A DNA stretch of 64,000 bases from positions 33,170,001 through 33,234,000 of the forward strand of contig CAIIXF020000001.1 of the NCBI GenBank assembly GCA_903813345.2, written 5' to 3'. Source of the stretch: Owenia fusiformis (lineage: Eukaryota). The stretch's first letter is position 1. Each line of letters starts with the position of its first letter. This document shows positions 1-12,865 of this stretch, piece by piece. Below the pieces are notes generated by a model that saw nothing but the letters and a program-made list of their open reading frames with translations, was not told the DNA's origin and made no database searches. The position numbers and the translations under genes were made by a program.

Positions 1-759
1 TATAACACAAACCCGTCGCCAAGGGTGGTTCAGGGTGTTCCCTGCTTGATGAATCAAAGTCTGCCCAAATTGTATGATTTGTTTGTGTTTTCAAATTGTT
101 GCCAGCTGTGTCCTATGATTGAAATATGCTCTTGCAACTCAATTCACTCATGTATTGTAGCCATTTTATAGTAAAAATTATTATTATACTGTGAGTGATC
201 TTTATACCTGCTGTTTGCTCTAAATTATAGCACGAAAAAAATGAGAACATTTTTAGTATTAATTTCTCTACCGTTTGGTAATATGGTGTATCACTATAAT
301 TTTAATTTCAAAATATTCTCTGATTCATATCATAAATTAGACCATTTTGATGTCATACAATCACAATCAGACAGCTTCTGCTTGGTAATTGAACTCATTT
401 TGAAGGTATTAAATCAGTTTTACAGTGAGAAAATGTCATATGCAATTTGCAATAAAACTGCCCATTAAGATATTTGTTTTTCAGTATTCTTATTTTTTTA
501 CTCAAAATAAAGTTGAAGCTGAAACACATCAAAATATAATAAATTACTGAAAGACTGCCAAATTTTTAATCAATCATTTTACATCCCAAAAACAGAAATT
601 TATTTTAAGTTTGTGTTCTCCCAATTTTTTTTACGTCCTGTATGTTATAGGCCCCCGTTAATGCGAGTAATGAAACTTTTTTTATTACATGTTTACTTCT
701 CTCTTGTTACTTTCACTAGAATATGGAGAAAATCAACACTATTTGCTGACAAAATTGGG

Positions 760-890
760 TCCACCCAATATTCCAAAACCCATTACTCCCAAACCTGATA
801 CTCCAAAACCCAATACTCCGAAACCCAATGTTATAAAACTCAATACTGAGAAACCAATCACACCGAAAACCCAATCACTCCGAAAAATTA
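760..890. repeat. Degenerate ~15-bp tandem repeat (ccaatactccgaaac-like)
   Basis: Successive units cccaatattccaaaa / cccattactcccaaa / cctgatactccaaaa / cccaatactccgaaa; this explains the PKPxT-repeat ORF 689-973. Confidence 0.7.
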
Positions 891-992
891 AGCTAAATAA
901 TACTTTTTTCTCCATTATACCAGAATTTAATCAAAATTCAGGGAGCGAGAAATCAAATGTAACACACTTGTAATATGAATAACAGATGACGA

Positions 993-1785
993 AAGGATCT
1001 AGTGCACCTGCCATTATTATCTCCCCATGAACAAAAAGAAATTCATCTGATTTTTCAAAATAAATATACTGCTTTTATTATTACATTTATATGTACACTA
1101 GTATCTTGTTGACCTATATTCAGCACTGTATTGATGAATGGGCCACTTATTAGGGCCAATATTCAATCATAAAGTGTACAGGGGTAGAGATGCCAAACCA
1201 GGAAGTATTTTTGTGTCTGTCAAAATCCATTTGCATCATACATACTCCTACATCTTATCAAAATATATTATTAATTAATGAATTATAACAGTATAATCTT
1301 TGGATTTACGAAGTTGAATGGGATTTCATAAGTGTAAAAGTTGCTTTTGAAGCATTTTTCTTTAGCCATTTTGTAGGAAAAAATGATGAAAAATGTATAA
1401 TCTTTTAATTTGAAGTATGACCTGAATCGATTGCAAACTTTATATTTGCACATCTGATGTGACATACCATTTGTGTCATATTTTGAAATTATTCAATTTG
1501 CAATCGATTCAGGTCATAGTGTATTTTAGGTATTTTGTGAAAATCAATAGAAACCAATGGCCTCCATTGGAATCTGATGGTATCCACATGTTAAGTCAAT
1601 AGAACACATCCAATGTCAAGTCAATACACCCTTGCTGAACTTAATGACCCCAACCTCAGCCCATGTGGGTCCATAAGCTTAAATATTTTCAAAAATATTA
1701 TGTGACATTGTATTCTTTATGTTACACCTAAAAATGATTTATTTTGTTCATGGGGAGATCACAATGGAAAGTGCACTAGACCCTT
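993..1785. mobile_element. Non-autonomous TIR element (MITE), ~45-bp imperfect TIRs
   Basis: aaggatctagtgcacctgccattattatctccccatgaacaaaa at 993 is the inverted match of ttttgttcatggggagatcacaatggaaagtgcactagaccctt ending 1785. The internal part recurs inverted at ~11130-11480. No clean TSD. Confidence 0.7.
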
Positions 1786-3324
1786 TGTTTTCTCACTAGT
1801 ACTGACATTGTCAAGAACAGATTTTTTGTTATGATTTGAATTAGCTCGCCACATATACAGCATAATATGAGAAAGCCTATATTATCTTCTTTAATTTCAT
1901 TTATACCAGACTGAAATCAAGCCTTCAGGGACTGGGATATTCAGTGTAACGTATGGAGTTTTAAGAGAAGACATGAAATATTTTAGTAGACTGACAATAT
2001 TACATGTACATACATTTTTATCCATTCTTCTTTAATCTTGTTTTAAACAGAACTTTCAGAGATTAAAAGTAATGCATTGGGCTGTAAATACTCATGTAAT
2101 ATACTTATATTGTCAGTCTTTAAAATTTTTGTAATCTATTATGAAAGTTCAATGCATTACATTTTATCAGTCTGCATGCATATTTCATCCTTTATTATGG
2201 AAGTTCAATGTATTTGTTTAATTTTACACTTCCTGAACGTTTGAAAGATTAAAGAGAGCGATATAAGCATGTGTTGTATTTTCTGGCTAAAAAACTGTAA
2301 TAATTACATGTAATATCGTTAGCCTGTGAAAAAATTCAATTCAATTCTGCGATTAAGGAGATTTGACAAGATGACAAGATGAACTGTTCCATGAACTTAT
2401 ATTTTCTTTTTATTATATCATTGGAATGTCTCTCACTTTCTCATTGGATGGGAATTGATCACATGATTTAAAATATGAGGGTTGTTTCCTTGTTTCGTGC
2501 AGTCTCCAGTCACAGCCTTTTGCATGTTAATGGCTTGTTTACATACTGCTGCAACACTGTATTTACGAAATGTTGACTTTTTTTCATACCATATTTGCCA
2601 TAAAAAGCGCCCAGGGCCCTTTTGAAATTAAATTTCCCATGATACCCCATTACAAAGAGCACCCATGTAGCTCATAACTTGTAAAAGATATAGAAAATGT
2701 AAAATTAGAAATTTTAAAGTAGGTAGTGTAGTGGGTAGTGTATTAGTCATGGACAAATGCATAGACTTTTCTATTTTCATACTTTTCATAGACGCGTTGT
2801 AGGGAGAATCCCCACGACGTTTTTTCTCAGAACGTGCATCAGTATCATATGTTTTAGAAAATGTACATTTTTGCGAAAATATAGCTCAGGAGACAACAGA
2901 ATCGTCGATTTACACCCTCACTTAAGTTACATAAACAGTTTTTCGAAAACAGTTAAAGGGACCCAATACCTTACAAAACTTCTTAACGGAGAGGAATAAG
3001 GGAAAATGCTTGCCGGATTCTGAATCTGTGTATTTTTTAATGATTTTTCACCGTCTTAGAATTTCAATTTTTTTCCTTTGAAAAAATGAGATTTGCATTG
3101 TTTTCCAATTAGAAAAATTAGTAAACATGAATAGCTCGAAATCTAACGGTGAGATTTTGTTTTAAAAAATTATGGATATCAAGGCTAAATATAGCTATAC
3201 AGTAAACATAAAAAAATCAATGCTTGGACTCTTCATATTCACACAAAAAATTAATTAGTAAATGAGGTTTGATATTTGTGAGAATAAGTTGTACGAGGTG
3301 CAATGCTCTACAAACACCAGACTA

Positions 3325-3566
3325 CAGGGTGGATTAGGATCAATGACACACATAAAATTAATTTAAAAATATTTCATGATAATTATCTCAAACAAAAGCA
3401 GTTAGCGAAGGATATGTTTCATTACACTAAATAAATAGTTATCACTTTTGACTATATATACATATCTCATGGGAATGTATTTCCATCTGCTCAAGATATC
3501 ATATTTTAGCTTCGAAAATCACAATCGTTGGATAATACATTTATCTCAGAATGATAGGCCACCCTG
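3325..3566. mobile_element. Tc1/mariner-type MITE
   Basis: TA|CAGGGTGG ... CCACCCTG|TA termini with TA TSD. Confidence 0.65.
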
Positions 3567-4074
3567 TAGCAATGTAGCTTTCACTTGAAGTGTACCCTTG
3601 AGAATAATGAACTTACTTTCAAATTGGTCTTGCTTTTGTGGTGTATGTGGCTTTTTAGCAAATCTGCCAAGCTAATTTCTTTCCAGAACCATCTTGTTCA
3701 AATGTATCACTATATATACGCGCATGTATAGACAGATGACATAGATATACATATAAATTATATATTGCACCGGTATTTACTTACATGGGAATATTCCCTT
3801 TGGAAAAATGCAAATGCATGAACATATATTTTCATCTTATATATGACCATGGGCTTTCAACACTTTCTAGTTGAAAGCCCATGATATGACTTCAAGCTAA
3901 CATATTATTTCATATTTATATTTTCATAGTTAGTTTAGCATGAATAATAGATCCATGAGAACAATATTCTTTTTTTTTTTTAAATTGATGGGTTTACTGT
4001 GAATTCAATAAATTACAATTTGCAAGGGGTAAGTATACTGTATGAGCTAGCTAGTGGCTTTGTATTTTATGTTA

Positions 4075-4478
4075 GGCCAGGGTAATTAAATTAGTTGTTT
4101 CTCTTTCTTCTATTTTTCAAAATTGATATGGGAATGACAGTTTTTATATTACCTTTTTTGTCTATCTAAAATGCTGATGAGGGACGGGATGATTTATTTC
4201 TTTAAAATAACTGTAAAATCAAATAACTAATTTTGAAGGAAATAAACTGAGTTTATGTTGAATTTATATGTTGAATTTACTGGTATATTTGATCATATAT
4301 CAGTACCACGATATTGTCAATTATCCTGATCCATAAAAAGTTAAAAAAAGTGTTTCACACGCCATGGATGCGCACGAGGTACGGTGTTTTTTTCTCAGAA
4401 ATGGCAGAAAAAAGCTGGAGGAGGGATTGGGCCACACGCGGACAAGAATGAGAAACAACTAATTTAATTACCCTAACC
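4075..4478. mobile_element. PIF/Harbinger (Tourist-like) MITE
   Basis: TIRs ggccagggtaattaaattagttgtttctc / gagaaacaactaatttaattaccctaacc, flanked by TTA (4072-4074, 4479-4481). Confidence 0.8.
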
Positions 4479-5056
4479 TTAGTTCATCCAGTAGTATGTT
4501 TTTACTGCAAAGTAGTGTTTTTATATGCAGCTTGATAGCATAAAATATGTTGAATGAAGCATATGGTGTGGATTAGTCGTGTGACACACAAACTGACCAA
4601 TACATGAGGGTATTAGCTACTTTTCACATAAACCAAAGGAGGACAGTGCTTTTATTTCAACTGGGAGCTTACCTCCACACGACTGATCATGTGACCATGG
4701 TGGTGGTCCCCTTTAAGATCTGCACTTTTAACCGAAACCGTTTATGTAACTTAAGTGAGGAAGTAAATCGACGATTCTGTTGTCTTCTGAACTATTTGTT
4801 CCCAAATATGTACAATTTCTTAAACATTTGAAGTTTGTGTTAAAAAATGTCGTGGGAATTCTGCCTACAACGTGTAAAATAAGGAAACGAGAAAAATCGT
4901 ACCTTCGATATTCCGACATTTTGTTACCAAAACGGTTCGTTTTGGTAACCAGCGTAATCGAGTGGATCACCAGTGATAGAAATCTACCATCAATAACTCA
5001 AAGAAGTCGTGACTACCAAATTCCATTCAAAACCTCAACATTCACATAGATCCTGT

Positions 5057-5641
5057 TAGTGGTGTCAATTAACCGCTTGAGCATTAACCGGTTAACCGGG
5101 GGTTTTTACCGGTTAAAGTCGGTTAACCGGCGGGAAATTTGAACTTATAATTTCAAATGAAATCTTCATCTTCGATCTTGAAAGTTGAAAAAAATTGGAA
5201 AAATGATATATCGGCGTTTATTTTTTACGTTCGTCAAGCTTTACGCTATTCTATGTAAGTAAGCGCGGGAAAGCAATGTGGCAGGGATTAAAGTTGCTGA
5301 TTGGATGTTTGTAAGGAATTATCGGACCTATCACATGTATGAGTAGCTCACATGAAACTGACGCTTGAAAACAAACAGATTAAAATGCAAAGTAAGCGCG
5401 GGAAAGCAATGCGGCAGGGATTAAAGTTGCTGATTGGATGTTTGTAAGGAGTTATGGGACTTATGACATGTATGAGTAGCTTACGTGAAACTGACACCAT
5501 AAAACCAAACGGATTAGCATGCAAAATAAGCGCGGGAAATAACAGAATTATACACGGTCAACTAACCGCCCATAAAAACTCAGACCGGTCAAGGCATTAT
5601 CGGCGGTTAACCGGTTCACCGGTTAATACTTGACACCTCTA
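5057..5641. mobile_element. hAT-type MITE with 8-bp TSD
   Basis: TIR TAGTGGTGTCAA / TTGACACCTCTA; TSD gatcctgt at 5049-5056 and 5642-5649; subterminal ttaaccgg repeats; internal ~133-bp tandem duplication (aagtaagcgcgggaaagcaatg...). Confidence 0.9.
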
Positions 5642-6379
5642 GATCCTGTGTCTTTAAATCCATTATATATACAGGGTGGTGCAAAAAACGTCCACATTAC
5701 TTCCAACAATTTCAGTCCAAAATCATACTAAAGAACACTTAAGAACTCTTATCATGGATTACATACTGATTTACTGAGTATGTCATAACATCAAGAAATA
5801 AAGTAAAGGGGTTAGGTGTAGAGGTGTAACTCGCCAGAAAAATCCAACTCGAGTTCAACTTGCAAAATGTTTCCAAAACTCGAGTAAAACTCGAGTTAAT
5901 TCATTTCGTCCATTACATATTGTAAACCCGGGTACACAAAATTACTGTAACTTCTAGCGGCAAGTTTCTCTTCTGATGTAGTCACATCTAAAAGCTGTTT
6001 AACACGTTGGGGTCATAAGAAAGTGTGGTATTCATTGCAGTTATCTCATATTTCAATCAAACACGATCTGGTATAGACGTCTCCGCATACGGTAAGGACT
6101 AGAGATCGCTAAAATGAACCAAGAATCTAACCAAACAATATTTTAGAAAACCAAGAAGGGCCCCTAAAATTAATGAATGGTTTTCCCAGATTATCTTCAT
6201 TATTTCTACTAAAGACTGCTGGATATCGATCTAAAGTTATGACGTACGATCTTAATTTAATGATAGATCTTTTTATGTAAAAGTCTACACGTGAGAATAA
6301 GGGGACCATTTTTATTCAATTTTAGTGACTACTATATTATCGTCTGCTTGAGTTCCTTCGATAGTCTATCTTTTTCTGA

Positions 6380-7620
6380 TTTTTAGCTCACACGGCTAGC
6401 TTTTGCAATCACTCACTTGTCCGTCTGTCTGTCTGTCCGTCCGTCCGTCCATCCGTCTGTCCGTCCGTCCGTCCGTCTGTCCGTCCGTCCGTCCGTCAAC
6501 AATAGTGGCACGTTTTAAAACCTCTGTCGATAGGATTCCTGTTTTAAGTTATTCCTATTCAACATCAATACAGAAAACTCCCCTATGACTCCTGGTTCAA
6601 AAGCTCGCCTATTTTCAAAATGGCCACCATTTTTGTCTCGCGAAATTCACTTTTGACCCATTTCCTAGCTTTACAAATAATTTCAACGGTCCTACATTGT
6701 AAAAATCCATGTCAATGTAAAGAGTAGATGTATGAAATAATTTTGTTACGAAAAATCAGCAAAAAATTATATCCATTTTTTTATTTTCAGCCATTTTAGT
6801 TAACATTGATTTGTCCATCTATCTCGCAAAATCCACTTTTGGACCATTTGCCTTAAACCCTCTGTTGATAGGATTCCTGTTTTAAGTTAATTTTGTTCAA
6901 CATCAATACAAAAAACTCTCCTATGGCTCTTGGTTAAAAAGCTCGCCTATTTTCAAAATGGTCGCCATTCTTGTCTCGCGAAATTCACTCTTGGCCCATT
7001 TCCTAGCTTTACAAATAATTCCAGCTGTCCTGCATTGTAAAAAGCCATGTCAATGTAAAGAGTAGTTGTATGAAATAATTTTGTTACAAAAAATCGGCAA
7101 AATATTATATCCGTTTTTTTTCAGCCATTTTAGTTAACATTGATTTGTCCATCTGTCTCGCGAAATCCTCTTTTGGACCATTTGCCTTAAAACCTCTGTC
7201 GATGGATTCCAGTTTCAAGTTATTTTTGTTCAACATCAATACAAAAAACTCCCCTGTGACTCTTGGTTCAAAAGCTTGCCTATTTTCAAAATGGTTGCCA
7301 TTTTTGTCTCGCAAAATTCAATTTTGGCCCATTTCCTAGCTTTACAAATTATTTCAGGTGTCCTGCATTGCAAAAGGCCATGTCACTGTAAAGAGTAGTT
7401 GTATGAAATAATTTTGTTACAAATGATTGGCAAAAACTTATATCTGTTTATTTTCAACCATTTTACTTAACATCGATTGGTCCATCTGTCTCTTAGTCAG
7501 TCCAAATAGTGGCAAGTGGCTTGAAATAATTTTGTTGCAAAAAATCAGCAAAAAATTATATCCATCTTTTACTTTTGAGCAACACCATGTGAGCCCAGTA
7601 CCCACTGTACTATTTTTTTG
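6380..7620 (+). mobile_element. Non-autonomous Helentron/HINE (DINE-1/pearl-like) element
   Basis: T-rich start with gctcac, then a (TCCG/TCTG)n microsatellite at 6419-6497, ~3 tandem ~335-bp core repeats, and a 3' gtgagc plus short stem agtac..gtact and T-run. Confidence 0.7.
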
Positions 7621-7646
7621 TGTAACTTGTCATTCCTCGATATTTG

Positions 7647-8527
7647 TTATCCCATCGAACGAAGTTCGGAGGGATATAGGGAACGCCTCCGTCCATCCGT
7701 CCGTCTGTCCGTCCATCCGTACGTAGGTCCGTCCGTCCGTCCGGGCAATAACTCAAATACCGTTGGCCCGATTTCGTTCATATTTTGTACACATATACCC
7801 TATGGGGATAGAAGTTCTGCTCGAAAGCCAATTTTCAAAATGGCCGCTCATTTCAAAATGGCGGCCATTTGAGTGCCGAATTTACAGTAATTTAGGTGCA
7901 ATATGTAAAACTGTAATAGCAATATGTTTTAGATGTAAAAAAATTATATAGGACATTGATAAAGCTAGAAATGTAGATATTAAAGAAGCACATGGCAGCC
8001 ATCTTGAAAAATGGCGGCCTTTACTCATTATTTTACGATTTTTGCTGTAACTCAAAAAGTAATGGAGCGATTTTGTTCATATTTGGTTTGTGAATACTAT
8101 AAACATTGCACACTGTCTAAAGACACTTTTTGGTAGAAGGTGGCCATTTTAAAAAATGGCCACCATTTTGAAAAATGGCCGCCATTTTAACCTATTTTAC
8201 TATAACTCGAAAAGTAGTGAAGCGATTTTGTTCATATTTGGTATGTGAATACTATAAGGATGGCACACTGTCTAATGACACTTTTGGTAGAAGGCGGCCA
8301 TTTTTCAAAATGGCTACCAATTTAACGTATTTTACTATAACTCGAAAAGTAGTGGAGCGATTTTGTTCATATTTGGTATGTGAATACTATAAGTATTGCA
8401 AATGGTCTAATGACACTTTTGGTAGAAGGCGGCCATTTTGAAAAATGCCTGCCATTTTTGCTATATACTTTGTAAAAATGCCATCCATGGCTGTTTGATG
8501 GGATTTGGCGTTGCCATTGTTCTGGTT
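7647..8527 (+). mobile_element. Non-autonomous Helentron/HINE family C, intact copy
   Basis: 5' ttatcccatcgaac-gaa-gttcggaggga hairpin, (TCCG)n tract, tandem aaaatggcggccattttg core repeats, 3' subTIR gtttgatgggat, and ...ttgttctggtt end. Confidence 0.8.
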
Positions 8528-8868
8528 GAACTTGTTGAAGCTTTGAGAGTGTTTTTTAGGTGACGGGCGCTAAATACGGCGATCATTGGTATATTTAATC
8601 TCCTTATGAAGTAATGTAGCACGATCTCTGGGACCCAATCTCATTTTACATGCTTGCAAGATAGGCAAAAGTTATAGCTAGCTCGCGAGTTATAGCTAGC
8701 TTGCGAGTTTCTAGAGGACAAATCAAGGCAATGTTTAGGCAGCTCTGACGAGCTGTACTCGAGTAACGGACTCGGGAGTTACACCTCTAGTTAGGTGCTT
8801 CTTATGGCAAATATGGTATCTCAGAAATGTGGACATTGAAGATCATAATGCTATATTTATATTTTCAG

Positions 8869-8995
8869 TGTTTCGGGCAGCCTAATCTACACATTCATCA
8901 CATTTAGGGGAGGGAAACCAAAGGATGAATCAGCTGCAGCCCCTCCACCCACAGTAAACAAAGGTGCTAAAGTTGAACAAACTGAGCAAGCTTAA
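8869..8995 (+). CDS. SLC35D1: Last coding exon of an SLC35D1/D2-like (fringe connection) UDP-sugar transporter
   Basis: Acceptor tatattttcag ends at 8868. The phase-2 exon reads (S)VSGSLIYTFITFRGGKPKDESAAAPPPTVNKGAKVEQTEQA* (TAA 8993-8995). It resembles the final TM segment of SLC35D1 (recalled as SIAGSLVYSYITF) and Drosophila frc (SVLASLLYTYVTFR). The match is recalled, not searched; upstream exons were not found in the window. Confidence 0.7.
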
Positions 8996-9144
8996 ATGTC
9001 TCAATCAATTTTAGTTCATTTTCAGAGAATTTTCCTTAAGATTCATGTAAATATTTTAGAGAAAGTAGAATCTCATGAACCTTATTTAATCAAGCCTTGA
9101 TACTTAACTGTTTGCAAGGTAACCTGCAATATCAAATTTCTTGC

Positions 9145-9330
9145 CTTTTTATCCCAATGAACAGAGTTCATTAGGGATATAGTGAAGCCTTCCTTCCATC
9201 ATCTTTCAATCCATCAGTCAGTCCGTCAGTCAATCCTGTTTGTCTGTATTGGAGATCCTCCAATACTGGTGGATAGATTTTCTTCTTATTCGGTGGCAAA
9301 ATGGCTGCCACTTTTAAAATGGCAGAAAAA
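9145..9330 (+). repeat. Degenerate HINE 5' fragment
   Basis: tttatcccaatgaacagagttcattagggata hairpin followed by a TCCA/TCAG microsatellite and aaaatggc core; similar heads at ~10903, ~12612, ~12800 and ~40373. Confidence 0.55.
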
Positions 9331-9487
9331 AGCTTCAATTTAAACCAAACTCTTTCATTATTGGGATGATTGGTCCCAGTCTTTCTGAGATGACTATGAA
9401 TTGATGTAAGTTTTGTTCAACATAAGTGGTTTTCATGTATGTCTCTGCGTTCTTTGGTGGCTGCAAATCAAATCACTAAGTCCTTTT

Positions 9488-10238
9488 CTATGGTTCCATC
9501 CATACTCCACGCTGGCCAAGTATTACTTGGACACACTCATTGAAGTTAGCAATAACTCGTTGAATGATGTCCAGTGGTAATTGGTTGATTTCATGTGTGA
9601 TGTTAACCTTAAGCTTATCAGTTGCGTCAGGATGGTTTTGGTGATGCCTATCAATTGGGTACTCAAAAGAAAGTAATCTCATGGATTGGCATCTGGAGAG
9701 TATGGTGTCCATATGTTTGGGGTCCTTACTCTCTCTAGATATTCTAGGCTGCTGTTAGAGCAATGAGGAGGTGGTACATCCTGCTGCAAGACAACACTTT
9801 GCATTCTTACCCATCTGTTCCGTCTGAAGGCAGGTAGGAAACACTCACGAATGTTCAGGTCCTGGTACCTTTCGGGATTCACCGTTTCATATCTTTGGCA
9901 TCTTTGAACCAAAATGGTATTGTACATCACACTTACTTTCTCATCACTAATCTTGTGTCTGTGTAGGGTTATCAGCAGCATAGAAAATCATGTTTTGGTT
10001 ATTGACAAGTCAAGCTATGTGAAAGTGAGCTTCGTCATACCCATCATTTACTAAAATGGACATGACGTTTTGATTGGCAGCCTCTAAGAAATGCAGATTT
10101 GTACATAAAAACTATATATATATGTATGTGATACAAATCTTACATCAATGCTTAGTCATCTCAGAAAGGTTGAGACCAATCATGCTAAAAATGAATGAGT
10201 TATTACATTTTAAATTAACATTTTTTTGGTCTACCCTA
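9488..10238 (-). pseudogene. Decayed Tc1/mariner DDxD transposase (maT/rosa-like) with one TIR
   Basis: Minus-strand motifs DEAHFH..VNNQN..YAADNP, TVNPERY, LQQDVPPPH, WTPYSPDANP, LKVNITHEINQLP..IQRVIANF, with stops and frameshifts. Candidate TIR (ta)tagggtagaccaaaaaa at ~10221-10238. Confidence 0.8.
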
Positions 10239-11853
10239 TATTTATTGTTCATACTGTATATTCTGTGTTTTTCACTTTGACCCCCATGGGAGGTCATGTA
10301 TGGAAAACAGGAAAACAAAAATTTACATTAATTTTTAGATCTTTCTGTATAGCTTTATCATACTATAATATAGCTTTATTATAATAAAAGGCAATTTAGA
10401 GTAAGTTGCAAATATGTGGTAAAACCCAATATGCAAAAAGGTCTAGATGGGGTCTTGATTGTGCTATCCTATTGTATAGAGTCTCTTTAATCTTTTACCT
10501 GCCAATTTAACCAAGCGTAGAGTAGATATAGTGTTCGTTGGGATTTGCTACTCCATAGAGTTGCCCTTTCTAGTTTATTAGAACCCGCCACATAGTGGTG
10601 ACCATTTATACCATATTGGGATGCTGTCAGCACCATAAAACTAAATTGTGATAAATTGTGATTCACAAGCTAAATGAGAGGTGAATCATAGATAGGATAG
10701 GGGTATTAAAGTTAGGTTTGAAAACCTCAAATTGGTCATCCATTTATAGTGGTTTTACAGTATCCAAAATTGTATTAAATTATTTATTGGATATAAAGTT
10801 TGTAAGCTTGATCATAAATGATATTGCTTTTAATAGTAATACACAGAGTAACACGTGAACTCGCCAATTTATTAGTATTCACAGTGCCTTTCATATTTCT
10901 GATTATCCCACCGAACCAAGTTCGCAGGGATATACAGGTAGTGTTCCATCCATTAGTGTGTCTGGGAAATAACTCAAATACCTGTTGACAGATTTTATTC
11001 AAAGGAAGAGGTGCGTTTTTGGGCAAATACCCCTATGGTCAAAATGAATCATTCTTAGGTGTAGCATGAAGAATAGAATGTCATAAAATTCTTTGAAAAG
11101 TATTAAAGTGCTTTGGCACACATTGGCTGAGATAGGGGCCATTTAGTTCAGTAAGGTTGTATTGACTTATATGGGGCTGTGCATCATTGACTAAACATGA
11201 GGATATCAGCAGATCCCAATTGATTATCACAAAAATACCAAAAATACACTATGACTTGAATCAATTGCAAACTTAATAATTTCACAATATGACACAAATG
11301 GTTTATCTCATCAAATGTGCAAATATGAAGTTTGCAATCGATTCAGGTCATACTTAAAATTAAAAGATTGTACATTTTTTCTTCATTTTTCCCTACAATG
11401 GCTTTAGAAAAAAACAACTTTTACACTTATCAAAAATCATACAACTTTGTAAAACCAAAGATTATACTATTATAATCTTTGGTTTCTATTCTATTCAAAT
11501 GCTGTCACTGTTAAATTATATATCTGCTCTATATGGGCTTATTAGCCTTTTGCAGCTTATTGACAAAAAAATGTACCTCTTTTGAAGGTGCCTAATTCAA
11601 ATTTCCCTCCATTTTCTATGATGTGAAAATATGCAGTGAATGATTTTTTAGTCGCCCATGATACCCCTGGTGTCAATTTTAGCCTCTTTTTCACAAATAA
11701 ACAATGGTTTTTAATTTGAATGGTGTCATATTGTTAGAAAATGATTTATCTTTGAAATGCTGTATAATGCATGGCCTGATTTAACATATATCATACAATA
11801 TTCATCTTTAAACTTGGGTATTGTTTTTTGGCGCACCCTGTATACATTTTTAA

Positions 11854-12442
11854 GGTAGTTATTAACTGGCGAAAGATGGCTCTATGTTAAAGCATAGCAG
11901 CAGCGATATAAATTGAAAATTAAAAATGTCATTTTTAAAGAGCACTGCGAAGTAGCCTATGATTTTATGGTTCTAAAAATAACTGATTTTTGGCGTATCA
12001 GATGAGCAATAATGAAGATTATTATATCACTGTCATATTCCTCACTCTCTGATTGGTCCATGTCCTGCAAGACTAAAAATAACAAGTGATATTCGATGGA
12101 AGTCACGTGACTTTCGTTGAATTTCGAATATATCACGAGTCACGACTTAGTCCAGTATAATTTTAATTTTACAGATATCACTGTGACACTTTCACAAGAT
12201 AATATTCCACTAGCGCTTTGGGCTTCGTGGAATATCACATATGGAAGATGCACAGGTATTCACCTCAATAGAATTAAATATTTGTTACTGTTCCTTCTTC
12301 CTTCTCCCAACATGGTGCATCAAATTGTTTTCTAGGCCTATGTAAAAATGTAGTGATACCCACTCTTCTTGCTTCATAATGAAACATACATATGGAATGA
12401 ACATTTTAGAATAGTTTTAAGGCCTCCAGGTATATAACTACC
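11854..12442. mobile_element. TTAA-TSD MITE (Kolobok-like termini)
   Basis: TTAA|GGTAGTTATTAACTGG ... CCAGGTATATAACTACC|TTAA. Confidence 0.75.
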
Positions 12443-12865
12443 TTAAGCAAAACCATGATATCAGAAAGGTTATACAGGGTAGGCCAAAATATATGCTTTT
12501 CTATTTGAGCCTCCATAATAATTACAATATGTATTTTGAATGACATTCCATACTTAGATAGATAGCTTTTTTTCCATGAATCATATAATATATAACACTT
12601 TTAACAAAATGATTATGTCACCACCAAAAAGTGGTGACATATATTATGGTCTCCATTTTTTGTGACATCGGTTGGGGGTTGGCGTTTGTTACAAATGGTG
12701 GTGACATTTTGTATGTTAATGCCTTGTTTTGTTTTGCAATATTTTGATTTATTATGTAAATCTTTTTCTAGCAACTGACAGTTCAAAATGGTCCACTATT
12801 TTTTATGTTCCCACCACATAGTGTGGGGCCAAGGCACTTCTGTTCGTCTGTCCATTTTTATGTTT

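Larger units (their letters stand above)
2770..4890. repeat. Inverted pair of ~190-bp repeat copies (~2770-2962 and ~4706-4890)
   Basis: gttgtagggagaatccccacgacg...acaacagaatcgtcgatttac...cacttaagttacataaac matches the reverse complement of gtttatgtaacttaagtgag...gtaaatcgacgattctgttgt...gtcgtgggaattctgcctacaac. Confidence 0.7.
5819..8789. mobile_element. Non-autonomous hAT-type element carrying two nested HINE-like insertions
   Basis: TIR TAGAGGTGTAACTC / GAGTTACACCTCTA; 8-bp TSD gttaggtg at 5811-5818 and 8790-8797; subterminal actcgag motifs at both ends. Confidence 0.9.

Noticed and set aside
689..973. Proline-rich 94-aa ORF
   Set aside because: Explained by a 15-bp tandem repeat; no splice or homology support.
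3612..3700. Minus-strand open frame ending at a GTAAGT donor (WFWKEISLADLLKSHIHHKSKTNLK)
   Set aside because: No convincing acceptor or recognisable homology.
5671..11842. Possible large mariner element from tacagggtggtgcaaaaaa to ttttttggcgcaccctgta
   Set aside because: TIR match is imperfect, several similar ends are scattered nearby, and it would enclose the host exon; more likely independent relics.
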